This document shows positions 56,460 to 64,000 of a stretch of 64,000 nucleotides of DNA, piece after piece. The DNA is from Candidatus Caldarchaeum sp. GTDB lineage: Archaea > Thermoproteota > Nitrososphaeria_A > Caldarchaeales > Caldarchaeaceae. The notes below the pieces were generated by a model. The model was not told the origin of the DNA and made no database searches. It saw only the letters and a program-made list of their open reading frames with translations. How positions within the stretch are numbered: position 1 is the stretch's first letter; each line of letters starts with the position of its first letter. The position numbers and the translations under genes were made by a program. The DNA lies in contig JAWBKB010000002.1 of the NCBI GenBank assembly GCA_038831915.1, forward strand, positions 32,001-96,000. Direction: 5' to 3'.

Positions 56460-57116
56460 ATGATGTACGTGCCTGAAAACGAGTTGGTTGTCCCGGGTCA
56501 GCTGCTTTCCGACAACTCTAGGCGAAGCGGGTTCGGAACCTATACACGTGACGGCAAAGTATATGCATCAGTAATGGGGTTTGCACGAGTAATCAACGGT
56601 CAGCTCCGAATCATACCCGTCGGAGGAAGATACCGTCCTCAAAGAGGAGACAAAGTCGTGGGCATAGTTTCAGACGTTAAGCCCAACGTTGTCGAAGTAG
56701 AAATAGGTGGAGAAACAATTGCTATGATAAAGCCTTCCGAACGAGAAACAACTCCGCTCAAAATAGACATAGGCGACTGCATCTACGCAGAGGTCAAATC
56801 AACAGGCTTGAAGGGAATAGTCTTGTCAAACGAAGGCCTCCAAAAAGTTCCTTCAGGACTTTTGATAAGCATCAACGCGGCAAAAGTCCCGCGACTGATT
56901 GGTAGGAAGGGCTCAATGCTGCAAATACTACGTAAAGAGACGGGGTGTGATTTCTGGGTGGGACGCAACGGATTACTTGTTGTTAATGGCCCCGACCCGG
57001 CCAGTGAATTCGCGGCTGTTGCCGCAATCAACTTAATTGAACGAGAGGCTCATACCGTTGGGTTGACGGAAAGAGTGATTCAGTTTTTAAAGCGTTTAAA
57101 AAATCAAGGTGGTTAG
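56460..57116 (+). CDS. rrp4: Exosome cap Rrp4
   Basis: VVPGQ, S1 domain, [16 protein letters not shown]. Confidence 0.93.
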   Translation: MMYVPENELVVPGQLLSDNSRRSGFGTYTRDGKVYASVMGFARVINGQLRIIPVGGRYRPQRGDKVVGIVSDVKPNVVEVEIGGETIAMIKPSERETTPLKIDIGDCIYAEVKSTGLKGIVLSNEGLQKVPSGLLISINAAKVPRLIGRKGSMLQILRKETGCDFWVGRNGLLVVNGPDPASEFAAVAAINLIEREAHTVGLTERVIQFLKRLKNQGG

Positions 57117-57840
57117 TTTGCGTCTGATTGATGAAAACGGGTTGAGAGTTGATGGAAGAAAACCGGACGAATTGCGTAAGCTCCGCATCGAGGTAGGTGT
57201 TCTAGAGAAGACCGACGGCTCGGCTTATGTTGAGCTAGGGGGCACCAAAATCTACGCCGGAGTTATCGGCCCGAGGGAAGTGCATCCCAAACATCTTGAG
57301 CTCCCCGACAGAGCTGTGATCAACTGCCGCTACCACATGGCTTCTTTCAGCGTCGACGAAAGAAAACCTCTTGGAATGACTCGGAGAGAAATCGAGCTTT
57401 CCAAAGTTTTGCGAGAAGCCGTCGAAACGGTTGTCTTTCTCGAAGAGTTTCCGCGGATGATGATCGACATCTTCGTTGAGGTGATACAGGCTGACGGTGG
57501 AACAAGAACGGCAGGAATTACCGCCGCTTCCCTAGCTCTTGCTGACGCTGGTGTTCCCATGGCGGATTTAATAGCCGCGGTTGCTGTTGGAAAAGTCGAC
57601 GGAACCCTAGTTCTTGACATCAACGAGACGGAGGATAAATACGGCGAAGCAGACATGCCAGTCGCCATGGCTCCCCAGCTTAACTCCATCGTTCTGCTCC
57701 AGCTAAACGGCAGAATGACACCGGAGGAAATCGACAAAGGCCTCAGCATGGCCCAGTCAGCGATTAAGAAAATTTACCAAATGCAGGTCGATGCTCTAAA
57801 AAGACGTTACAAAGTTGAACCAGAAGGGTTGGAGACATGA
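57109..57840 (+). CDS. rrp41: Exosome Rrp41
   Basis: [29 protein letters not shown]...EADMP. Confidence 0.96.
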   Translation: MVSLRLIDENGLRVDGRKPDELRKLRIEVGVLEKTDGSAYVELGGTKIYAGVIGPREVHPKHLELPDRAVINCRYHMASFSVDERKPLGMTRREIELSKVLREAVETVVFLEEFPRMMIDIFVEVIQADGGTRTAGITAASLALADAGVPMADLIAAVAVGKVDGTLVLDINETEDKYGEADMPVAMAPQLNSIVLLQLNGRMTPEEIDKGLSMAQSAIKKIYQMQVDALKRRYKVEPEGLET

Positions 57841-58664
57841 GCTTCGGATTTGAGAAACGAGGCTATGGAATCAAAATCATGAAAAACAAGGTCTACGAGT
57901 TGCTTAAGCTAGGTAAACGAATCGATGAACGCGACCCGCTGGCTTTCCGTGAAATCAGCATGTCAACTAACGTGGTGGACAAAGCCGATGGCTCCGCCCT
58001 CGTTTCACTAGGTAAAACAAAAATCTTGACAGGCATCAAAGTTGAGGTCGGCTCGCCTTACCCCGACAGACCAAACGAAGGTGTTTTCACTGTTAACGCA
58101 GAATTGTTACCTCTTGCTTCGAAATCTTTCGAGCCAGGGCCGCCCGATGAAAGAGCTATAGAGCTTTCACGCATCGTCGACAGGGTCATCAGGGAAAGCA
58201 AAGCGATTGAAGTCGAGAAATTATCAATAGTGCCTAGCCAGAAAGTTTACATGCTTTACATCGACTGCTACGTGTTAGATTATGACGGTAACTATTTCGA
58301 CGCCGCTGTTTTATCAGCTGTCGCAGCTCTCGCTAACACGAAGTTACCTGTGTACAGGTTTGTTAACGATCGAATTGAATTAGTTCCCGGTGAGAAGATA
58401 CAGGTTCCATTGAGAACGTATCCCGTCAGCGTGACTATGGGCGTGATCAGGGACAAAATTGTGGTAGACCCGTTGCCGGCGGAGGAAGAAGTTGCCGACA
58501 CTTTGGTTACATTAGGTTATGACTCTTTTGGATACGTTTCTGCGGTTCAGAAAAGCGCCCCGGGTCTTTTGAACGTCGAGGTGTTTAAACAAATGGTTCA
58601 AATTGGGCTTTCGAAGTCAGAAGAGCTTAGAAAGAGGTTGCTGGAGGTGATACCGGTTGGTTAA
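57837..58664 (+). CDS. rrp42: Exosome Rrp42
   Basis: [28 protein letters not shown]. Confidence 0.96.
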   Translation: MSFGFEKRGYGIKIMKNKVYELLKLGKRIDERDPLAFREISMSTNVVDKADGSALVSLGKTKILTGIKVEVGSPYPDRPNEGVFTVNAELLPLASKSFEPGPPDERAIELSRIVDRVIRESKAIEVEKLSIVPSQKVYMLYIDCYVLDYDGNYFDAAVLSAVAALANTKLPVYRFVNDRIELVPGEKIQVPLRTYPVSVTMGVIRDKIVVDPLPAEEEVADTLVTLGYDSFGYVSAVQKSAPGLLNVEVFKQMVQIGLSKSEELRKRLLEVIPVG

Positions 58665-58878
58665 GACGAAGCTTGGCATCGCTAAGGGGCTTGGAGCTAG
58701 ATACGGTTCAACGGTAAGGAAGAAATGGGCTGAGGTTGTTACTGCGGCTCGCTCCAAATATCCATGTGAGAAATGTGGCGCTGTAAAGGTGCGGCGAATA
58801 TCTGTCGGCATATGGCAGTGCGAAAGATGCGGATTTAAATTCGCGGGGCAGGCTTACACTCCGAAAGCGGAGAAATAG
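58657..58878 (+). CDS. rpl37ae: 50S ribosomal protein eL43 (L37Ae)
   Basis: GARYG, CEKCG, GIWQCERC, FAGQAY. Confidence 0.96.
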   Translation: MVKTKLGIAKGLGARYGSTVRKKWAEVVTAARSKYPCEKCGAVKVRRISVGIWQCERCGFKFAGQAYTPKAEK

Positions 58879-59133
58879 TTGGCGCCCGTCAGGCTTAACT
58901 TTTCAGTGAAAACGTTTCCTAAGCTTGCGGCGATACTCTATAAAAGCATCAAGCCCGAAATAGAATCGATAAAGTCTTCGCGGTCAAAGGCGTCTGTGAC
59001 GCTTCAAGGTGACGAGATTGTCTTCTCCATCGAATCTATGGATATGGTCGCTGCGAGGGCGGCGGCCAACACAGTAATAAGGCTGCTCAACACGTCTTTC
59101 CAGACGGTAGAGGTGCTTCAAAATGTCAGGTAG
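58879..59133 (+). CDS. KEOPS Pcc1-family subunit (paralog B)
   Basis: SIKPE, RS, D..AARAAANTVIRL; canonical rpl37ae-pcc-pfdB position. Confidence 0.8.
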   Translation: MAPVRLNFSVKTFPKLAAILYKSIKPEIESIKSSRSKASVTLQGDEIVFSIESMDMVAARAAANTVIRLLNTSFQTVEVLQNVR

Positions 59134-59488
59134 AGAAATTCCACCAAGCGTCCAGCAACAGGTTTTGAGGCTTCAACAGCTTCAGCAAAGCCTAGCCCTT
59201 CTTCTTTCGGAGAAACAGCGAATCGAAGCAGAGCTGGCGGAAGTGAGCACTGCCCTTGAGGAAGTAAACAAAATGGATGATGTCGCAGTCGTTTACAAGG
59301 CGGTAGGACCTGTTCTGGTTCAGACCACCAAAACAAAGATTGTCGCAGAACTGACTGAAAGAAAGGAACTTGCCGACACTCGTTTAAAGGTCATCGAAAG
59401 ACAGGAATCACGGGCCCGAGCTCAGATTGAAAGCCTTCAGAAAGAGGTGCAGAAGCTTCTGTCAGGAGGTCAACCGTCTTCTCAGTAG
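59123..59488 (+). CDS. pfdB: Prefoldin beta subunit
   Basis: IPPSVQ, QQLQQ, VYKAVG; coiled-coil hairpin. Confidence 0.95.
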   Translation: MSGREIPPSVQQQVLRLQQLQQSLALLLSEKQRIEAELAEVSTALEEVNKMDDVAVVYKAVGPVLVQTTKTKIVAELTERKELADTRLKVIERQESRARAQIESLQKEVQKLLSGGQPSSQ

Positions 59489-59521
59489 TCAAATAGGGTT
59501 TAAAGCTTAAACTAGCCTTTC

Positions 59522-60541
59522 TTGAAAAGGGTTATGAGAAATCATTGGCTTATCCGACAGCTTCATGAAATGTTGGCGAGCCATGTTCGCGGTAAGAAAG
59601 TGCAGATAGTTTCTCACTGGGGTGGAGACCCCGACTCGGTGGGAGCCGCCTACGTATTGGATAGATGTTTCCGCACATTCTACGAAGCTTCTGAAGTCGG
59701 ATTCTTGATTCCCGACGAGGTTTCAGCCCATGTTAAAGCCATCATGACGCACATCGGATTTTCCGAAAAAAATGTCACATCGCCTGACGCTTACATCCTA
59801 GTAGATGTCGGAAGCTTGGCTCAGCTAGGAGACCTGAAAACCACAGTTCTCGAATCTGGTAAGCCAGTTTTGGTCATCGACCATCATCTACAGCACAGCG
59901 TAAATCCCAGCGTAATGTCAGTGGCTTCTCCCAGCTATTTGGCTGTGTCCGAAATGGTCTACGACCTTCTCGAATTTCTGAACGTCAAACCTGACAAACA
60001 AATGGCTGAAGCTCTTTTCCTCGGAATGTATTATGACACGGTGCGGCTGGCTGTCGCTGACTCAGAGCTAGCCTATAAAGCAGCCAACCTTCTTTCCCAA
60101 TTGAATCCTTCAACGATAATAGGGATGCTAGAGCCAAAAATCGACGAACCTGAAAGAATCGCGCGGCTGAAAGCCCTGCGCCGAATAAATGTCTTCAGAC
60201 TCGGCGAATGGTTTGTGGTGAGTTCAAACGTCAACGGCTATCTTTCTTCCGTGGCTAGAAGCCTCGTATCAGCTGGGGCTCACGTGGCCTTGGTTGGAGC
60301 TACTAAAGGCGAATACGCAGTGGTAGCGGCGCGTAGCTCCCAGGACTTTCAAAAATATGCCGGAATAGGTTTGGGCGACGATTTGGCAAAATATCTTCTG
60401 CGGAAGTTCGAAGGCGATGGAGGTGGTCACGCAGGCGCGGCGCGGCTGCGATTGAAAACGTCTGTCGATGAAGCTTTGTCTGAAGCTGTAAAAGGATTGT
60501 CGCTTCTACTCGGAGTGAACGCGGTGGAGCTGGCCGGTTGA
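59522..60541 (+). CDS. DHH/DHHA1 phosphoesterase (NrnA-like)
   Basis: HWGGDPDS, LVD, IDHH, YDT, GGGHAGAA. Confidence 0.88.
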   Translation: MKRVMRNHWLIRQLHEMLASHVRGKKVQIVSHWGGDPDSVGAAYVLDRCFRTFYEASEVGFLIPDEVSAHVKAIMTHIGFSEKNVTSPDAYILVDVGSLAQLGDLKTTVLESGKPVLVIDHHLQHSVNPSVMSVASPSYLAVSEMVYDLLEFLNVKPDKQMAEALFLGMYYDTVRLAVADSELAYKAANLLSQLNPSTIIGMLEPKIDEPERIARLKALRRINVFRLGEWFVVSSNVNGYLSSVARSLVSAGAHVALVGATKGEYAVVAARSSQDFQKYAGIGLGDDLAKYLLRKFEGDGGGHAGAARLRLKTSVDEALSEAVKGLSLLLGVNAVELAG

Positions 60542-60544
60542 ATC

Positions 60545-61393
60545 ATGACGCTTATCGAAATCAGAAACCTATCATTCAAATACGCAGGAGCTCAGAAACA
60601 CGCCATTTATGAGGCAAACCTTGACATCGAAAAGGGCGACTTCGTCCTAATCGTTGGGCCAAGTGGTGGAGGTAAATCAACTCTTTGTAGATGCATGAAT
60701 GGCTTGATTCCTCAGTTTTACGTAGGCGAATACAGTGGTCAAGTTTTGGTCGACGGTCATGACGCAGCGAAGACGCCCACCTACATCCTTTCTCAAATCG
60801 TGGGAATGGTCTTTCAAAACCCGCAAAACCAGCTTTTCGCACTCTCTGTGGAAGCCGACGTTGCCTTTCCTCTCGAAAATTTGGGCCTTCCGAGAGAAGA
60901 AATCAAGGCGCGGGTCGATGAGGTGCTCGCCGCGTTGAATATTGAACATTTACGGGAAAGGTCTCCTTTCGAGCTTTCCGGAGGACAGCAGCAGAGGATA
61001 GCAATAGCGTCTGTCCTTGCAATGAAGCCGAAAATTATAATCTTGGACGAACCGACTTCTTTTCTCGACCCTGTTTCGAGCCTTGGGCTTTTCAACCTCA
61101 TAGACGACATTCGGAAAAAACTCGGGTTGACAATAATCTTGGTTGAACACCGGGTTGACTTGGCTGCATCTCGAGCCAATAAGATTGTGGTGGTGGCTGA
61201 TGGTAAAATCGTTTTTCACGGTAATCCACGCGATTTTTTTAAACAATACGATCCACATGTTTTCGGAGTTTCATATCCAAAAGTGACTCTGCTTTCTAGG
61301 AAAATCAAGAACGTTGTGAAGGATTGGAACATGCTTTGTCTCAGTGGAGATGAGTTCGAAAATGAGGTGAGGAGGCTTGTCAGTCGTGTTTGA
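60545..61393 (+). CDS. ecfA1: ECF transporter ATPase A
   Basis: GPSGGGKST, FQNPQNQ, LSGGQQQR, LDEPT. Confidence 0.9.
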   Translation: MTLIEIRNLSFKYAGAQKHAIYEANLDIEKGDFVLIVGPSGGGKSTLCRCMNGLIPQFYVGEYSGQVLVDGHDAAKTPTYILSQIVGMVFQNPQNQLFALSVEADVAFPLENLGLPREEIKARVDEVLAALNIEHLRERSPFELSGGQQQRIAIASVLAMKPKIIILDEPTSFLDPVSSLGLFNLIDDIRKKLGLTIILVEHRVDLAASRANKIVVVADGKIVFHGNPRDFFKQYDPHVFGVSYPKVTLLSRKIKNVVKDWNMLCLSGDEFENEVRRLVSRV

Positions 61394-62195
61394 AGACGTT
61401 CACTATGTTTATCCGTCAAACGTGCATGCTTTGCGAGGTGTTTCTTTCGAATTTCAGCCTGGTGAACTCGTTGCTTTGATGGGTGAAAACGGCTCGGGGA
61501 AAACCACATTGCTCAAACATGTCAACGGCTTGCTGAAACCAACTCGCGGCAAAGTCTGGGTCGAAGGAGTCGACACAACGAAGGCGTCGGTTGCCGAGCT
61601 TTCACAAAAGGCCGGACTAGTATTTCAGAACGCGGAGGAAATGTTCTTCGAATCGACGGTTTACGATGAAGTCGCCTTCGCTCTTAGAAACTTTGGATAC
61701 AGTGAGGATAAGGTCAGGAAAAGAGTTGAATGGGCTCTAAAATTTTTTGAGCTCGATTCTTACGCGGGTCAGTCGCCTTTTCTCCTCAGTGGTGGGGAGA
61801 AGAAGCGTTTGGCGATGGCGATTATTTTGGCTTGGGGGCCTCAAGTGGTTTGTCTAGACGAGCCCACGATAGGACAAGACAGCGTTCAGAAGGAAAAAAT
61901 GAAACATATGGTGAAGATGCTGAACCTTCAGGGCAGAACAGTTATTTTGGCTACACACGACGTCGAATTCGTCGCAGAATTGCGACCGAGAACAATCCTT
62001 CTTTCGAAGGGTCAGATAATCGCTGACGGCCGATGTGAAGAAGTTTTAACCGATTTCGTCTCGCTGGAAAAAGCTTCGGTCCTTCCGCCGCAAGTGGTCT
62101 CTGCACTCAAGCGAGTAGATGACTTAGGCGTCGACTACCGGATTTTAGACGTTGACATAGCGGTTGAAGAAGTTCTCAAAGTGATTAAGCCATGA
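61377..62195 (+). CDS. ecfA2: ECF transporter ATPase A'
   Basis: GENGSGKT, FQN, PFLLSGGEKKR, DEPTIGQD. Confidence 0.9.
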   Translation: MSVVFEDVHYVYPSNVHALRGVSFEFQPGELVALMGENGSGKTTLLKHVNGLLKPTRGKVWVEGVDTTKASVAELSQKAGLVFQNAEEMFFESTVYDEVAFALRNFGYSEDKVRKRVEWALKFFELDSYAGQSPFLLSGGEKKRLAMAIILAWGPQVVCLDEPTIGQDSVQKEKMKHMVKMLNLQGRTVILATHDVEFVAELRPRTILLSKGQIIADGRCEEVLTDFVSLEKASVLPPQVVSALKRVDDLGVDYRILDVDIAVEEVLKVIKP

Positions 62196-62989
62196 GACTT
62201 TTCGAAGGCCTTCGCTTCAGGCCTGGAAACACGTTTGTCCATAGACTCGACCCGCGTGCAAAACTTGGCGTATCCATTTTGATTTTGACAACTGCCATCA
62301 TATACGTGGACGTTGTGGTAATTTTGACTTTGCTGAGTGTCGAGGCTGCCGTGATTTTCTTGGCACAAGTGCATAAGCTATGGTTGAGAACTTTGAGGGG
62401 AGCTTTGCCACTAGCTGCGATTGTATTCGTCATAACCTTTGTGAGTCAATATGGAAGGGACCCGTCTTTGCTCGCTGCTGCAGGCTACGGCTTTGCGTAC
62501 GCTCTACGACTGGTCGTCTTTCTTTCTTCTTTTTCGCTTTTTTTCTTGACAACAACACCCGACGAAATTGCTCTTACGCTGCAGCAGCTTAAGGTTCCGT
62601 ATGAATACACGTTTGCGTTTGTTTCGGCCATTCGTTTCACCCCGGTGATGGCTGAAGAACTCAAAGCGGTCATGGATGCTCAAAGAGCGCGAGGGCTTGA
62701 GCTAGACAAAGGCTCATTTGTAAAAAGAATCCGCAACCTCATCCCCATCCTCGTACCATTACTCGTCAACGTCATCAGACGCTCATACGAACTAGCTGAA
62801 GCCATGGAGGTGAAATGTTTCGGCGCCACCAAAAAAAGAACGAGCCTGCGGATTCTACAAATGAAAAAGAAAGACTTTGTTTTTGTTTCCACGGCGACGG
62901 GCCTGTTCATGTTGGCGGTGTTCATAAAAATTTCTGGTCTTGAACCAGTGAAGGTTCTACCTTTTCTCCGGACGATTTTCCCAGCCTAA
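62192..62989 (+). CDS. ecfT: ECF transporter T component
   Basis: HRLDPRAK, TTTPDE, RFTP, AQRARG, AEAME. Confidence 0.92.
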   Translation: MRLFEGLRFRPGNTFVHRLDPRAKLGVSILILTTAIIYVDVVVILTLLSVEAAVIFLAQVHKLWLRTLRGALPLAAIVFVITFVSQYGRDPSLLAAAGYGFAYALRLVVFLSSFSLFFLTTTPDEIALTLQQLKVPYEYTFAFVSAIRFTPVMAEELKAVMDAQRARGLELDKGSFVKRIRNLIPILVPLLVNVIRRSYELAEAMEVKCFGATKKRTSLRILQMKKKDFVFVSTATGLFMLAVFIKISGLEPVKVLPFLRTIFPA

Positions 62990-63549
62990 TCATACGTGAT
63001 GAGCTGTTTTTCCTCCAACAATTCCTGCAGCTTAGTTACGGCTTCGTAGACATCCTTCTCATACTTTGCCCCTGTGCACACCAGTTTTCCGCTTGCAAAC
63101 ATCAAAATCACGACTTTCGGGCTCATCATTCGATAAATCAAACCTGGAAACTGCTCTGGCTCATACATTACGTTCTCGAGCGTTGTCGCGGCCTTTTCCA
63201 AGTCTATGCGGCCGTGAAGGTCGATTGACGCGACGATGTTCTGAATTTCTATTTGCGGCTCTTCGCGAATGACGAAGCCTTCCTTCTTCAACGCCTTGAC
63301 AACGGTTTTGACCGCCCGAATGGATTCTTCCTCGCTTTTAGCTCCTGTGCAGACCATTTTGCCGCTGCTGAATATCAAAGTGGCGGTCTTCGGCTTAGCG
63401 AGGCGAAATACGAGGCCAGGAAACTGAGCGGGCTTGTATTCAACGTCTGGAAAAGTTCTCTGAACCTGTGCAAGGTCAAGCCGCTGAAAAAGGGTCACAC
63501 TCGAAACGACGTTTTGAATTTCGATTTTTGGTGGGGGGCCTTTCGGCAC
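62986..63549 (-). CDS. tbp: TATA-box binding protein
   Basis: Two repeats QNVV/QNIV..Y.P.QFPGL..LIFSSGK/LMFASGK..CTGAK. Confidence 0.97.
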   Translation of the reverse strand: MPKGPPPKIEIQNVVSSVTLFQRLDLAQVQRTFPDVEYKPAQFPGLVFRLAKPKTATLIFSSGKMVCTGAKSEEESIRAVKTVVKALKKEGFVIREEPQIEIQNIVASIDLHGRIDLEKAATTLENVMYEPEQFPGLIYRMMSPKVVILMFASGKLVCTGAKYEKDVYEAVTKLQELLEEKQLITYD

Positions 63550-63582
63550 GATTTTTAAACGGTTTAAATAGTTTATAAGGAT

Positions 63583-64000
63583 TTAAATACCTGACTTCGG
63601 CTGGGTCAAAACTGCGTTGAGCTTTTCGACAACTTCCGGCTCCTTGTTCAAAGCTTTAGACACGTGTTTGACCATGCTTTTTTTGACCTTGTTGATGTCG
63701 ACTGGTCGTCCGATAATGGAGGCCATCGAGGTCATGATTGTTGCCTCCATTCCGCATGGTTTAATTCCGTAGAATTTTTTCAGGTCTGTGTTGACATTCA
63801 ACGCAACGCCGTGATAAGTTACCCAGTTTTTCACAGCCATGCCGACCGACGCGATTTTGCGTCCATCAACCCAGACACCCGGCTTACCGACGACCCGTTC
63901 ACCAGAAATTTGGAAATCAGCGAGAACGTCTATGATCGCTTGTTCGACCAGATGAACAAAATCAGCTACGCCGATTCCAAGTTCTTGCAAGCTCACGATG
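63583..64000 (-). CDS. lipB: Lipoyl(octanoyl) transferase LipB (5' end off window)
   Basis: PGVWV, RKIASVG, VTYHGVALNV, IKPCG, MTSM. Confidence 0.88.
   Translation of the reverse strand, partial: IVSLQELGIGVADFVHLVEQAIIDVLADFQISGERVVGKPGVWVDGRKIASVGMAVKNWVTYHGVALNVNTDLKKFYGIKPCGMEATIMTSMASIIGRPVDINKVKKSMVKHVSKALNKEPEVVEKLNAVLTQPKSGI

Noticed and set aside
63583-64000. lipB as a horizontally acquired island
   Set aside because: The gene is truncated by the window edge; no mobility genes or obvious compositional shift are visible.

Overview
Dense archaeal core-genome region. Gene content (rpl34e, rpl14e, BHB intron in cbf5, split MetE, Cox-type molybdoenzyme genes, BRE/TATA promoters) points to a thermophilic TACK archaeon, most plausibly Aigarchaeota/Caldarchaeales; this is inference, no search was run. 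It holds the KEOPS-rps15-rps3Ae cluster, RNase P subunits, Tat, the rpl22-to-secY ribosomal operon, cbf5, tRNA-Ser(GGA), aIF2-alpha, DNA ligase, AsnRS, a CoxM/S/G/D/E/XdhC/MoeA cluster lacking the large subunit, EF-2, the proteasome-exosome operon, an ECF transporter and TBP. I saw no CRISPR array, IS element, integrase or rRNA. Features the ORF track misses or splits: a 158-aa mini-intein in the aIF5B P-loop; a 14-nt bulge-helix-bulge intron splitting the catalytic Asp codon of cbf5; a box C/D guide RNA predicted to direct 23S Gm2251 and a second peptidyl-transferase-centre site; two small oppositely charged low-complexity proteins (40-aa histone-H1-like Lys/Ala/Pro, 36-aa Glu-rich with periodic aromatics); and an in-frame TAG in a CPBP protease. 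Also notable: TatC-zinc-ribbon and AN1-zinc-finger-M50 fusions. All family calls are from motif recognition by eye.
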